This document shows positions 1 through 10,182 of a stretch of DNA of 64,000 nucleotides, in pieces. Location of the stretch: IMG/VR virus record IMGVR_UViG_3300003860_000003, positions 1-64,000 of that record. One strand, written 5' to 3'. The stretch is from an uncultured virus (IMG/VR IMGVR_UViG_3300003860_000003) (lineage: Duplodnaviria > Heunggongvirae > Uroviricota > Caudoviricetes). Position numbers and translations under genes: made by a program. Within the stretch, counting starts at the first letter, position 1, and each line of letters begins with the position of its first letter. The notes beneath the pieces are model-generated. The model did no database searches, was not told the DNA's origin, and saw only the letters and a program-made list of their open reading frames with translations.

Positions 1-145
1 ATTTTAAGTTCTTTTTAACATATCATTAACATCACACGTATCTTTAATTTGTTTGTTTCTAATATATTAATGCTCCATATTTTTAAGAATTTAACAATGT
101 CTTAAAAGTATATGCATTAACCTTATTTTTAATCACTTAAGATCT

Positions 146-158
146 GTATATATAAATA
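146..158 (+). promoter_or_regulatory. putative late promoter (TATAAATA core at 151-158)
   Basis: GTATATATAAATA upstream of the protease gene; matches the T4 late promoter consensus and the motif recurring through the window. Confidence 0.6.
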
Positions 159-201
159 GAATATTGTATAAAATTCAAACTAACATAAAATAAAGAAAAT
201 T

Positions 202-2547
202 ATGGCAGAAAAATCACTTTTGATCCTTGAAAGATCATCTCAAAACCTACAGAAAATTACCAAAAACGGTAAGACTATGTTAGAAGGTGTTTTTGCTGAG
301 TTTGGAGTTGAAAATAGAAATGGTCGTATTTACGAAGAAAAAGAGTATTTACCCCACTTAGAATATTTGAAGAAAGACATTACTAATGGTAACCTTCTTG
401 GTGAATTAGATCATCCTGAAAGATTTGAAGTTGCATTAGGTGGTGTATCTCATAGAATATCTGAGTTGTGGTATGATCAACAAAAACGTCAAGTTTTAGG
501 TCGTATTGAAGTACTCGAAACACCGAAGGGGCAAATTGCTAAATCATTATTAGAAGCAGGAGTTCCACTTTCAATCTCTTCAAGAGCCGCTGGTACGGTT
601 AACGAAGACAAAACAGTAGCTATACAGCAGATTTACACATATGACTTGGTTGCCAAACCAGGTTTCGAGTCTGCACAGCTTCACAAAGTTAATGAAGGTG
701 CCAATCCAAAACAAGCCTATATTAATGAATTAGTAAAACAACTTAACGAATCCTCTTCAACACGTAAAGATCATAGTATCAATTCTAAGCTCGGTATTTT
801 AAATGAAGACATCTCTATTATTGATGTTACTGATAAATATCCATCAGTTCCACTACGTGAAGAAGCAAAACAATTAATTAAAAATAATCACGAAAATCAA
901 ATGGCAGAAACAAAACCAATGATGAATGAAGAAGCTATCCAGAAATGGACCGAATTATTCAATCAAGAGCTTGGCGCCATTAAGGAAAAACTAGAAAATT
1001 CAAATGACTCTCCTGATAAATCAGGAAAATTGGAAAAATATGTTGAAAAAATACGTAAAATCCAAGAAGATTCATTAAATTGGCAATCCGAAATCGCTAA
1101 AGCTGTAAATGAACTCGCTACTTATGCTGATACATTAGCAGAAAAGAGCAATAATCACTATAAACTAACTAAGAAGATTGCAGATACTGTAGATCATAAT
1201 GCTAAAACTCTAAATGCAACCCAAGACTGGACTGCAGAAGTAGCAAAGGTCACAAATGCAATTGGAGAAACTGTAGATCATAACGCAGAAATGCTTGATG
1301 GTCTTAATGAGTGGACAACTCAAATCGCAAAAGGTGTTAATGCACTTAACGAATGGGGTACAGAAAAAGCCCAAGCTATTAACGGCATGCATGAATGGAC
1401 TTCATCCATTGCTAAAAATCTTAATCATTCTGTAAACTGGACAGAAGATATGTTTGGCAGAGCTATAAGTAAAGAAGATGCCATGAAACTTATTGAATAC
1501 GTTGAATTAGTTTCAGAATCAAAGAAAAGTCCAGAACTAAAATCAAAAATCGACGAAATGCTAAAAACACATTCAATTACAGCAAAACCACTTAACGAAG
1601 CAAATCTTAAAGGAATATCAGTTATTACAGCAGATACTCTTAAGAAAGCTGGCAATGTGAAAGTTGATACCGCACATCAGAAAAACACTAGCGTAGAATT
1701 TGATGGTAAAATTATTACAGCAAAATTAAGAAACGTTAAAGTTGGTAAAGAAAAAATGCCTGTTGGAAACGATAAATTACAAATGAATCCTTCTAAAGCA
1801 GGTGCATCACTTCCAAAAGATGGGGGTTGTTGCAATGATCCAAAAGATCTTAAAACTGATCTTAAAGTTGTTAAAACTATAGGAAAAGGAAAAGAAAGTG
1901 TATCTGGTGATGGTCCTAAAAAGAACTATACTAGTGCACAAAATCTTAAATTAAATGTTAAACCTGGCGGAAAAGGATTAACAAACGAAAGCTTAAATCA
2001 AACTTCTGATATTCAAGCTAGAAAAACAAATCTTGATAGTAAACTTGAAGCAATTATTCAATCTTTAGAAAAAGAAAAAGGATTAGATGAAAGTGTAAAA
2101 GAGCAATATCCATTCACTCAGCTTTTAAGTGAAACTGATAGAAAAAGATTTGCTGGTCTAGACGCAACTGATAAAGAAAAAGTAGCAAACGAAATTTCAA
2201 AAGTTCCAACAACTGATTCTAAAGTAATTATGCAATTATGGGAAAATGCAGTTGCAAAAAATCAAACTAATGAACCTTTATGGTTAGCATTAGCTCCTAA
2301 AGCTTATAAAGATCTTTATAACTCTTCAGAAGTAATTAGAGAAACGATTAATGCAAAAGCTGAATACTTTACATTGAATACACAGTATCAGATCGAAAAT
2401 TTCTGGGAAACTAGCGGATTAATTACTAAACCTAATCTTACTCTTAATGAGTCTGTCATCGCAAAAACTCCAGAAGAAAGTGAACAAAAATTAGATACTT
2501 ATGTTGCGTCCATTGGTGATTATATGAAAAATCGTTATAATAACTAA
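202..2547 (+). CDS. prohead core protease (T4 gp21-like) with long C-terminal scaffold-like extension
   Basis: N-terminal ~165 aa carry gp21 motifs (LEGVF, NRNGRIY, GELDHP, VSH, ISSRAAG, YDLVAKPG); lies directly upstream of the capsid gene. Confidence 0.92.
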   Translation: MAEKSLLILERSSQNLQKITKNGKTMLEGVFAEFGVENRNGRIYEEKEYLPHLEYLKKDITNGNLLGELDHPERFEVALGGVSHRISELWYDQQKRQVLGRIEVLETPKGQIAKSLLEAGVPLSISSRAAGTVNEDKTVAIQQIYTYDLVAKPGFESAQLHKVNEGANPKQAYINELVKQLNESSSTRKDHSINSKLGILNEDISIIDVTDKYPSVPLREEAKQLIKNNHENQMAETKPMMNEEAIQKWTELFNQELGAIKEKLENSNDSPDKSGKLEKYVEKIRKIQEDSLNWQSEIAKAVNELATYADTLAEKSNNHYKLTKKIADTVDHNAKTLNATQDWTAEVAKVTNAIGETVDHNAEMLDGLNEWTTQIAKGVNALNEWGTEKAQAINGMHEWTSSIAKNLNHSVNWTEDMFGRAISKEDAMKLIEYVELVSESKKSPELKSKIDEMLKTHSITAKPLNEANLKGISVITADTLKKAGNVKVDTAHQKNTSVEFDGKIITAKLRNVKVGKEKMPVGNDKLQMNPSKAGASLPKDGGCCNDPKDLKTDLKVVKTIGKGKESVSGDGPKKNYTSAQNLKLNVKPGGKGLTNESLNQTSDIQARKTNLDSKLEAIIQSLEKEKGLDESVKEQYPFTQLLSETDRKRFAGLDATDKEKVANEISKVPTTDSKVIMQLWENAVAKNQTNEPLWLALAPKAYKDLYNSSEVIRETINAKAEYFTLNTQYQIENFWETSGLITKPNLTLNESVIAKTPEESEQKLDTYVASIGDYMKNRYNN

Positions 2548-2629
2548 TTTTAGTGCACTAAGTATAAAAAACAACAGTTTATATAAAAATAAATAAAACA
2601 AATTTAAAAAATAAAATAACGAAATAAAA

Positions 2630-4402
2630 ATGAAACAATTAAACGAACAACAAATTGTGCAAAAATGGTCTCCAATGATTGAAACTGTAACTGGTCTTAA
2701 AGATAAAAACAGATTGAGTTGGATTTCTAAATACGCACATTTTCATGCATTAAATGAAGCTGCTATGGGTGGTGTATCCGTTCCTTATGCAACTCTTTAC
2801 AACGTACCAGGTGTTGGTACTGCAGTTCCTGCATCAGTTGCAGCTACTACAGGAGCTCAATTTACAGGTACAACTGTTAAAGGTTCAGGTGACAAATGGC
2901 CTGCACTTCTTCCTATGGCTCTTCAAGTAGCCGCTAGAACAATAGGTTTTGACCTTGTTAACGTGGTTCCTATGCCAGGTCCAACAGGAGTTGTATCCTA
3001 TTTAGATTATGTATACGCTGGAGGAAAACAACCATTTGGCGCACAACCAGCAGTTAGTCCTGCAACAGCAAATCCTGCTACTTTCCAAGGTTCTGCTGCT
3101 TATGGTCAATACGATGCTCCTCATGCATTCAAAATTCAACTTGATGCATCTGTTCAAGCTCTTATTACAGCAGGAACAATTACTAATGGAACATCTTTAA
3201 TATTTAACTCAGCAACAAACGTATCTACAGGTGCTTCTACATTAACAGCTACTTATATTGGAAAATCAAGAATTGATGGTTTCCCAATGTTTAAAACTGG
3301 AACATTTGGAACAGCAGGTGATAATTTGGCTGATATTTTCAATGGTACAGGAAACGTCGCTCCTCTATTAAATCAATCATTACTTTATAATGTTACTACT
3401 TATCCTACACTTATTTCCACATTGGAAGATCAAGTACAAGGATTTACCGGTGCAGGTCAAACAGATAATGCTGACTGGGGAGGAACATTCGTCTCAGGCA
3501 CTACTCTTTATGAACCTATGGAAAGAGGCGTTGGTGAAATGGAATATCCAAGAGCTCTTGGTCTTCAGGTATTTACTAAATTTGTACAAGTAGGCACATT
3601 CCAAGTATCAGTTTCTGTTACTCAGGAACAAATTCAAGATCTTAATAAACAATGGGGTATTGATGTTATCGCAATGGTAGAAAATGCTGGAATCAACGAA
3701 ATTAGCCAAGCTATTAACAAACACATTCTTTCAAGATTGTTCGGTCACGGTTGGAAAAACCATATCAAAGCTAACGCTGTTGAAGGTATTAACCTTAACA
3801 TGAACTGTACATCTACAGGTTCTCTTAATTCAACTGCATTTGCATATAATGATGCTGGTTCTGTTACTACAGGAGCAATGACTGTTCCAGGATTCGCAAA
3901 ATATACATCAGTAGTTGGTGCAACATTTGAAAACCAAGACACAATTATCAAAAGAGTTATGGCTAATATTCTTGCAGCTGGTAACGTTATCATGCAAAGA
4001 GGAAGAAGAGGTCCTGCTAACTTTATTGTTACTAACCTTAAAATTGCTACAGCTCTTCAAACAAATGCTGGTTACACATTCTCACCTATAACCAATACAT
4101 TTACTCAATCTAACGGTTCATTGTATCCTCTCGGAACAATCGCTGGAATGACTCTTTATGTAGATCCTAACATGCTTTATTCTGATACCAGAGTACTTGT
4201 AGGAAGAAAAGGTGCTATTGATGAACCAGGAACAGTATTCTGCCCATACCTTATGGCTGAAAGCGTTAAGCTTATTACTGAAGGTACAGGTGCTCCTAAA
4301 GTTATCATCAAAACTAGATACGCTTTAGTTGACGCAGGTTTCCACCCAGAAACTCAATATATTACACTTTGGTTTGAAACTAATAGTGGTTCAGTTATTT
4401 AA
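2630..4402 (+). CDS. major capsid protein (T4 gp23-like)
   Basis: KWSPM, DLVNVVPMPGPTG, QDL, EISQAINKHIL, RRGPANFIV, GTIAGMTLYVDP, FCPY, KTRYAL are gp23-family motifs; strongly biased codons. Confidence 0.95.
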   Translation: MKQLNEQQIVQKWSPMIETVTGLKDKNRLSWISKYAHFHALNEAAMGGVSVPYATLYNVPGVGTAVPASVAATTGAQFTGTTVKGSGDKWPALLPMALQVAARTIGFDLVNVVPMPGPTGVVSYLDYVYAGGKQPFGAQPAVSPATANPATFQGSAAYGQYDAPHAFKIQLDASVQALITAGTITNGTSLIFNSATNVSTGASTLTATYIGKSRIDGFPMFKTGTFGTAGDNLADIFNGTGNVAPLLNQSLLYNVTTYPTLISTLEDQVQGFTGAGQTDNADWGGTFVSGTTLYEPMERGVGEMEYPRALGLQVFTKFVQVGTFQVSVSVTQEQIQDLNKQWGIDVIAMVENAGINEISQAINKHILSRLFGHGWKNHIKANAVEGINLNMNCTSTGSLNSTAFAYNDAGSVTTGAMTVPGFAKYTSVVGATFENQDTIIKRVMANILAAGNVIMQRGRRGPANFIVTNLKIATALQTNAGYTFSPITNTFTQSNGSLYPLGTIAGMTLYVDPNMLYSDTRVLVGRKGAIDEPGTVFCPYLMAESVKLITEGTGAPKVIIKTRYALVDAGFHPETQYITLWFETNSGSVI

Positions 4403-4423
4403 TAACTAAACTTTAGATAAACG

Positions 4424-4452
4424 AAAAAAGAGGCACATTGCCTCTTTTTTTT
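4424..4452 (+). terminator. intrinsic terminator after the capsid gene
   Basis: AAAAAAGAGGCA-CAT-TGCCTCTTTTTTTT hairpin plus U tract. Confidence 0.9.
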
Positions 4453-4454
4453 AT

Positions 4455-4465
4455 GAATATATAAA
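4455..4465 (+). promoter_or_regulatory. putative late promoter GAATATATAAA
   Basis: recurring motif about 30 nt upstream of the ATG. Confidence 0.6.
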
Positions 4466-4494
4466 ATATAAAAAAATAAAATAAACTATAAAAC

Positions 4495-4932
4495 ATGATA
4501 CGTGAAAAAACTAATGCTGATTTAACTAGAGATGTTAGCACACTATTAGATGGATATGTAATGGCTCAAGGCGCACAAGGAATAACTGGTATTCAAGGTA
4601 CTCAGGGATTACAAGGAATAACAGGTTCACAAGGAGCTCAAGGTATTCAAGGTATTCAAGGAATAACAGGTGCTCAAGGAGTACAAGGAATTCAAGCAAT
4701 TCAGGGCATAACTGGAGCTCAAGGTATTCAAGGTATTCAAGGAATAACGGGTGCTCAAGGAGTACAAGGAATTCAAGCAATTCAGGGCATAACTGGTGAT
4801 CAAGGTGCACAAGGAATACAAGGTATTCAAGGCGTTCAAGGGACAGCACCTGCGGGTCTTACTGGATCAATAAATTTTGGAGATGCTTCGGTGTTTAATA
4901 TAGTAGATGGTCTTATAGTTTCAGCAGTTTAA
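4495..4932 (+). CDS. small collagen-like (Gly-X-Y) protein, probable head fibre/decoration
   Basis: about 30 GAQ/GIT/GIQ triplets; adjacent to the capsid gene. Confidence 0.8.
   Translation: MIREKTNADLTRDVSTLLDGYVMAQGAQGITGIQGTQGLQGITGSQGAQGIQGIQGITGAQGVQGIQAIQGITGAQGIQGIQGITGAQGVQGIQAIQGITGDQGAQGIQGIQGVQGTAPAGLTGSINFGDASVFNIVDGLIVSAV
4633..4794 (+). repeat. 81-bp tandem duplication within the collagen-like gene
   Basis: 4633-4713 and 4714-4794 differ at one base; both carry the Gly-to-Ala (QAI) interruption. Confidence 0.85.
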
Positions 4933-4934
4933 AA

Positions 4935-5681
4935 TTAATGTTTAAAATTTCGGTGATGATGAAATAATTGAGAATAGGGTGAATTTAAGAATTTGCCCTT
5001 TTCTTCGTTTCCCCATTGAGTAGGATCTCTAAACAACTCAAAATTATTTCTTACAGATAAAATAGTTAAAACAGACTGATCATGTCTATGATCTTTAAAT
5101 TCTATAAAATTTGCTTTTCCGCACATATTAGGATCATCAGTTACAATTCTTGTATCTCTTAAATATCTTAACCATTCTTTTAAGAAATTTATATTATCTT
5201 CATTTTTTACCCATAATGAAACTGCACCATTAGTCATAGGAGCATTCCAGTACTTTTCTTCATCAGCATCTGTTAATATAAAACAATCTCTTTTAGTCCA
5301 TATTTTAGCAATATGATTTGCGCCAACCCAGGGTACTTTAAAAATAATTTTACCCTTATTAATATTGCTTTTAGCGATATCAAATAAAGGACTAAGGTTA
5401 TCTATTACTTTAAGTCCTGCATCACTGTAGAGGACTGTATCACCATTCTCGAGCGTTTCAAATGTCTTTAAGATAAGATAAGGTTTCCATATCCAAAATC
5501 CTGCACCTCTATGTTGAGATAATATGAAAGAATTTTTTCTCCAAAATTCTTCAATTTTTAATTCATTTTGAGTATATCTAATAAATTGATCTATTTTTCC
5601 TACTACTAAAGATGATTCTTCTAATACATCTAAACTTTTATAATAATCTTCATTTCCGAATGATATGTGTACTTTTTTCAT
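4935..5681 (-). CDS. putative glycosyltransferase
   Basis: RGAGFWIWKPY, YSDAG, HRHDQS motifs of a viral/bacterial GT-A-like family. Confidence 0.6.
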   Translation of the reverse strand: MKKVHISFGNEDYYKSLDVLEESSLVVGKIDQFIRYTQNELKIEEFWRKNSFILSQHRGAGFWIWKPYLILKTFETLENGDTVLYSDAGLKVIDNLSPLFDIAKSNINKGKIIFKVPWVGANHIAKIWTKRDCFILTDADEEKYWNAPMTNGAVSLWVKNEDNINFLKEWLRYLRDTRIVTDDPNMCGKANFIEFKDHRHDQSVLTILSVRNNFELFRDPTQWGNEEKGKFLNSPYSQLFHHHRNFKH

Positions 5682-6325
5682 AATTCTATTGGTTCTCCTA
5701 TAAAATGATTTTCTTCTCTCATGTGAGGTATTTTTTTTGCGTTTTCACGATATCTATCCCAATCATCATGAATACATGCAGATTCTTTAATTAAAGGATA
5801 TATCATTCTTGCAAGAAATTCTTGATCAGAAGCATATATATTATTATATTGTAATGTGTTAAATTGTTTTAACAGATCATCATAATCTATTCTATTTATA
5901 AATTCTTTTGTTGCTCCCCACACACCGCCCATAATTTTAGTATTATGATGAATATGATCTCTTATAATATGAAATTCCTTTTCAGAAAATTCCCAATCTT
6001 TTACACAATTTACTTCTCGTTGAGATAATCTTCCATCACAATCTCTAACTATAAATCTTTCTACATCACTATCCTTAAGAACTTCAAATCTCCAAAACAT
6101 TCCTGGAGCGTCCATATGTTTAATTACAGGATTTTCATGTTTTATAATTATTTCAGCACCATCGTGATATAATTCTGAAATATATCTATGATTTATTGAT
6201 TCATGATAATAAAATCTACAAATCCAATCTGGAAATAATTGTTTTTGTAATTTAATATTTTCAATAGCTCCTTGCAAATATTTTGGATTATCGCCCCAAA
6301 GTGAAAAACTAATTATTTTTTTCAT
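5678..6325 (-). CDS. putative glycosyltransferase-like protein
   Basis: ISFSLWG..PKY, MFWRF, RDCD (DxD), DQEFL. Confidence 0.55.
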   Translation of the reverse strand: MKKIISFSLWGDNPKYLQGAIENIKLQKQLFPDWICRFYYHESINHRYISELYHDGAEIIIKHENPVIKHMDAPGMFWRFEVLKDSDVERFIVRDCDGRLSQREVNCVKDWEFSEKEFHIIRDHIHHNTKIMGGVWGATKEFINRIDYDDLLKQFNTLQYNNIYASDQEFLARMIYPLIKESACIHDDWDRYRENAKKIPHMREENHFIGEPIEL

Positions 6326-7391
6326 ATAATTCTGTTTGTATTAATGAGACAACTTTATTAGCAATTAAAGGAGCTGATATAAATTTACCTTCTAAAATTG
6401 AATAAATTCCTTTATATTTTTTATGTGAAACAATTCTTGTAGTTCTTGCATCAGTAGTAATTTTAACTGGTATTGGTCGTGATCCATACCAAGATTCAAC
6501 ATATTCAAGATCTTTAAAAAATGGAAAATATTCTGAGCCGTGTTCTATAATCTTTTTAAAATTTGTTTCATATTTTTTTGGAGTGTAATAATAGCCTTCT
6601 TCTTTTGATAAAATGGAATTGACAACATCATATAATAAATATAAATTTGTAATTTCATTAGCATATTCCATTATAGAAAAAAACTTTCCATCCATAATTG
6701 TTAATGATGGTAAAGAAACTGGACTTTTTACAACTACTACTTCAGTATCTTGTAAATAATATTCTGTCATATCTTCTTCTAATCCTAAAATTTTAAGAGT
6801 ATTATTTGAAAAAGCATAGGTTGCATTTATTATTAAATCAGTTTTAAAAGTACCATTTGTTGTAATAACAGTATAATCTGAATTTGTCGAAAATGGATAA
6901 AATCCAGTTACTTTAGCGTTAACATGTATAGAAATTCCATTGTTTAATAATTCAGAAAAGAGTAGTGTTTTTAATTTTTTTATATCAAATATAGGTTCAT
7001 TTACTAATATAGCACCAGTAATATGTTCTTCATAAACATATCCCGTAGGCATTTCTATTTTATATGGTACATTAATATGATTACAAAAATTCTCATATTC
7101 TTCAAATGTTACATTTGAAATATCTGAAATAAGATAATAATTTTTTTTAGGATAAACTAGAACATCGTTATACTTTTGTTTAAATAAGTCTAATCCATTC
7201 ATACATTCTAATGCGGTTTCATATGATCGTGGATAATGAAATCCTAAATGAGCACGATTATGTGTAGCATTAGATGTGCCTGACATTATAGCATTATTTT
7301 GTTCTAATACTGTAACATCAAATCCGTTATTAGCTAATGTAATTGCTGTACTTAATCCATGAATACCTGCACCAATGACTATTACTCTCAT
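6309..7391 (-). CDS. FAD-dependent oxidoreductase (DAO-like)
   Basis: VIVIGAGIHG dinucleotide motif, HLGFHYPRS, INATYA. Confidence 0.85.
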   Translation of the reverse strand: MRVIVIGAGIHGLSTAITLANNGFDVTVLEQNNAIMSGTSNATHNRAHLGFHYPRSYETALECMNGLDLFKQKYNDVLVYPKKNYYLISDISNVTFEEYENFCNHINVPYKIEMPTGYVYEEHITGAILVNEPIFDIKKLKTLLFSELLNNGISIHVNAKVTGFYPFSTNSDYTVITTNGTFKTDLIINATYAFSNNTLKILGLEEDMTEYYLQDTEVVVVKSPVSLPSLTIMDGKFFSIMEYANEITNLYLLYDVVNSILSKEEGYYYTPKKYETNFKKIIEHGSEYFPFFKDLEYVESWYGSRPIPVKITTDARTTRIVSHKKYKGIYSILEGKFISAPLIANKVVSLIQTELYEKNN

Positions 7392-8236
7392 AATTTATTA
7401 AATTCAGTTGTAATTAAGTTTTCCCAATAAGGCATATAAATTTTTTCATTATTAACTATTTTATTATTATATGCTTCAAGTAAGTTATAGTTTACTTCTG
7501 TCCAATCATTTACCTGAATCATTGGCATATCTTCACAATTATTATAAATTCTGTGTCGTATAACTATAGGAACACATCCAAAATACATAGCTTCAAATGG
7601 TTGATGAATAGAAACGCCATGTCCTGGAGGACACACCATAAATTTATAACGTGATACGTGATCACAATATTGATAATATGTAAGTTTAGCTATTTTATTA
7701 TCATTTTCTTTATTATCTTCTTCTCCTCCTTGTCTATCCCAGATATATTGAACATTATTATTTCGTAATTTTTGTAGTATTCCAGTACGAGCAACAGGAT
7801 TATTTGGAGTATACCAGTTACAATAAAGTATTTTTTCATTTTTAGGATTAGCACGTAATATTTCTAAGTTTTCTGATAACCACTGATGATCTGTTGATTT
7901 TCCTTTTTGATTTCCTTTATGATTTTCTATACCAATTGGAATTGGAATAAGATCGGGGTGATCATATACAGCATTTTGAGCAAACCATTTTTTAATACAA
8001 GAAGGACGACTTTTAAATATATTTTCTGTTATCGCATAATCGGACATATGCGTTATTAAAACATATTTATTAGATGAAAATTTTAATTGATTAAATACAT
8101 CTTGAATAAAATCTGTTTTAACATATATAATAGCATTTTTTCGTAATATATCATTTGTCCAATGCAAATTATCCCAAGGGAATATAGAATACGTTGCAAA
8201 ATCGCAAAATTTATTTCCATTTATAAAATCAAACAT
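7388..8236 (-). CDS. putative glycosyltransferase (exostosin/GT47-like C-terminus)
   Basis: WFAQN, PIPIG, YKFMVCPPGHG...FEAMYFGCVPIV; start placed at MFDFING (ORF track extends to 8284). Confidence 0.6.
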   Translation of the reverse strand: MFDFINGNKFCDFATYSIFPWDNLHWTNDILRKNAIIYVKTDFIQDVFNQLKFSSNKYVLITHMSDYAITENIFKSRPSCIKKWFAQNAVYDHPDLIPIPIGIENHKGNQKGKSTDHQWLSENLEILRANPKNEKILYCNWYTPNNPVARTGILQKLRNNNVQYIWDRQGGEEDNKENDNKIAKLTYYQYCDHVSRYKFMVCPPGHGVSIHQPFEAMYFGCVPIVIRHRIYNNCEDMPMIQVNDWTEVNYNLLEAYNNKIVNNEKIYMPYWENLITTEFNKL

Positions 8237-8237
8237 T

Positions 8238-8996
8238 TTAAAAAAGAGTATTATATTGTTTATGTAATGCAGGTACTTTAGCAAGTTCTGCTTGTCCTGC
8301 GAAATGTGTAAAATAGTTATCTCTAAAAAAATCTTCTAGAAGTATATTATCTATATTATCCCAAGCTATTAATGCCCAAAGAGCATTAAATTTATTAGGT
8401 AAAATTTTATATAAATTATTTTTTTGCATTTCATAACTTATACAAGTTTCTTCAAAAATGTAGCCTCTTTTATGTGTTTTTGATTTTTCTATATATTTTT
8501 TATATATGCCTTCTAAAAAATCTGCATGTATTTTTGGTTGCATTACCATTACGCCTGTATTAAAAACCATATCTGTTTCAATATCTAAATCACATAATTT
8601 ATAAAATTCAACAGCATTTGCTTCCCATTTCTGTCTCTTATGTAGTTCTAATCTTTTAGCTTTTGTTGGTTGAGAAAATTCATCAACCATTCCAATAAGA
8701 TTCTCATAATCCATATAATTATGCAACGGTGGAGCCCAAACACTAATTAAAATATCTGCATCAACAAATATTATTAAATCATAGTCTTTTGACCATTCTT
8801 GACTACATACTAATATCTTATTAAAAGTAATAGTAGATTTAAGTTGATTATTTTTATCTTTATCTAAAAAATCTGTAATTACTTTAAAATCATATTTATA
8901 TCTTTTGGCGTAGTTTTCTTGACTTTGTTTAAATAATAATTCATATTGTTTTAAATAAGCTTCTCCTATCGCAAGTGTTACTAAAAGTACTTTCAT
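8238..8996 (-). CDS. putative GT-A glycosyltransferase (GT8/GT34-like)
   Basis: FVDAD, FNTGVMV, NKFN, HFAG; start placed at MKVLL (track 9014). Confidence 0.7.
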   Translation of the reverse strand: MKVLLVTLAIGEAYLKQYELLFKQSQENYAKRYKYDFKVITDFLDKDKNNQLKSTITFNKILVCSQEWSKDYDLIIFVDADILISVWAPPLHNYMDYENLIGMVDEFSQPTKAKRLELHKRQKWEANAVEFYKLCDLDIETDMVFNTGVMVMQPKIHADFLEGIYKKYIEKSKTHKRGYIFEETCISYEMQKNNLYKILPNKFNALWALIAWDNIDNILLEDFFRDNYFTHFAGQAELAKVPALHKQYNTLF

Positions 8997-8997
8997 T

Positions 8998-9600
8998 TTA
9001 TTTCTGTTTAACATTAACTATCATACAACCATTTCTTTCATTAATATTATCATAAATTACAGTAAAATCATCTAAATTATCGAGTATAAATTTTCTACTT
9101 TCCGTGTGTTTATATGTAAGAGTATCATCTAATACAATGTAATCACATCTTTTCCATAATTTAGTAAATTCTATATATCCTGAAAATTCTCCTCCATCCA
9201 TTACACATAAATTAATTTTCTCGGGCACCATATTAAATACATAAGGAGCCTTTGATAAATTTACTAAATCTTCTTCTAACCATTTATGATTGCCATAAAT
9301 TTCTCGTTGCTTTATTAGTTCTTCATAAGATACTAAAGATCCATAAACTAAATCAAAATTGTTTAAAGGAGGAAATAAATTAAATTTTGCTTGTTTATAA
9401 AAATTTCTATCAATTTCAAACGATAAAACTTTATAATCTTTTTTTCTACTCTCTAATATTCCTTCATAAATACATCGAGTACTTCCATTACCATTCCATG
9501 TTCCAATATCAACTACTGTAGAAATTTCAGGAAGTGTTGTTAATTCATATATTTTTTTTCCTATTACCGTTTCTCTATTTAATTGCCCAGGTCTGTCCAT
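8998..9600 (-). CDS. class I SAM-dependent methyltransferase-like protein
   Basis: VVDIGTWNGNGST, MDGGEF, LDDT. Confidence 0.65.
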   Translation of the reverse strand: MDRPGQLNRETVIGKKIYELTTLPEISTVVDIGTWNGNGSTRCIYEGILESRKKDYKVLSFEIDRNFYKQAKFNLFPPLNNFDLVYGSLVSYEELIKQREIYGNHKWLEEDLVNLSKAPYVFNMVPEKINLCVMDGGEFSGYIEFTKLWKRCDYIVLDDTLTYKHTESRKFILDNLDDFTVIYDNINERNGCMIVNVKQK

Positions 9601-9612
9601 ATTTTTATTTTT

Positions 9613-10173
9613 TTATGATTTATAAACTGTCCAAGTTGAATCATCTGATTCAATTTTAATTTCACCCATTGGAAAAAATTCTCCTACTGCTTTTTTTACG
9701 CCTCCATCGCCCCACCAATAATCATGACCGCCGATAATACCACCCTTTTTAATTTTGGGATACCACAAATTTAATTCTTCAATGACTATTTCATATAGAT
9801 GTTCTCCATCAATAAATAAAAAATCTACGCTTTCATCTTCAAATTCTTTATAAGCATCTAAACTACTCATTTGTATAGGAGTAATGTATTCTTTTACTGG
9901 CTCAATATTTCGTATAAATTCTTCATAAAAATTATATCCCTTTGGAGTTTTAAGATCAGGGCTATTAAATATCATTTGCCCATCAACGATAAATAAATCA
10001 ATTCCATAGATTTTAATATTTTTATTTGCTTTTTTTACTTCTTCAGCTAAGTATACAATAGACTTCCCTTTAAATGTGCCAATTTCAACAAAGATAGCAT
10101 TATCATATTTTTTAACCATTTCATCATATAATGTTTGAAATGTAAACCAACCATAAATTTTTTCCCAATACAT
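9613..10173 (-). CDS. SAM-dependent methyltransferase (Methyltransf_24-like)
   Basis: VEIGTFKGKS, FIDGEHLYE, GGIIGGHDY. Confidence 0.85.
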   Translation of the reverse strand: MYWEKIYGWFTFQTLYDEMVKKYDNAIFVEIGTFKGKSIVYLAEEVKKANKNIKIYGIDLFIVDGQMIFNSPDLKTPKGYNFYEEFIRNIEPVKEYITPIQMSSLDAYKEFEDESVDFLFIDGEHLYEIVIEELNLWYPKIKKGGIIGGHDYWWGDGGVKKAVGEFFPMGEIKIESDDSTWTVYKS

Positions 10174-10182
10174 AAGTTTTAT

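Noticed and set aside
4570..4845. CRISPR-like or non-coding repeat array
   Set aside because: The repeats are in-frame Gly-X-Y codons with no unique spacers; no CRISPR array was seen in the window
1210..4849. Short antisense or alternate-frame ORFs in the track (e.g. 1210, 1425, 3009, 3390, 3745, 4535, 4627 and similar ones elsewhere)
   Set aside because: They are shadows of well-supported genes, with no motifs or independent signals
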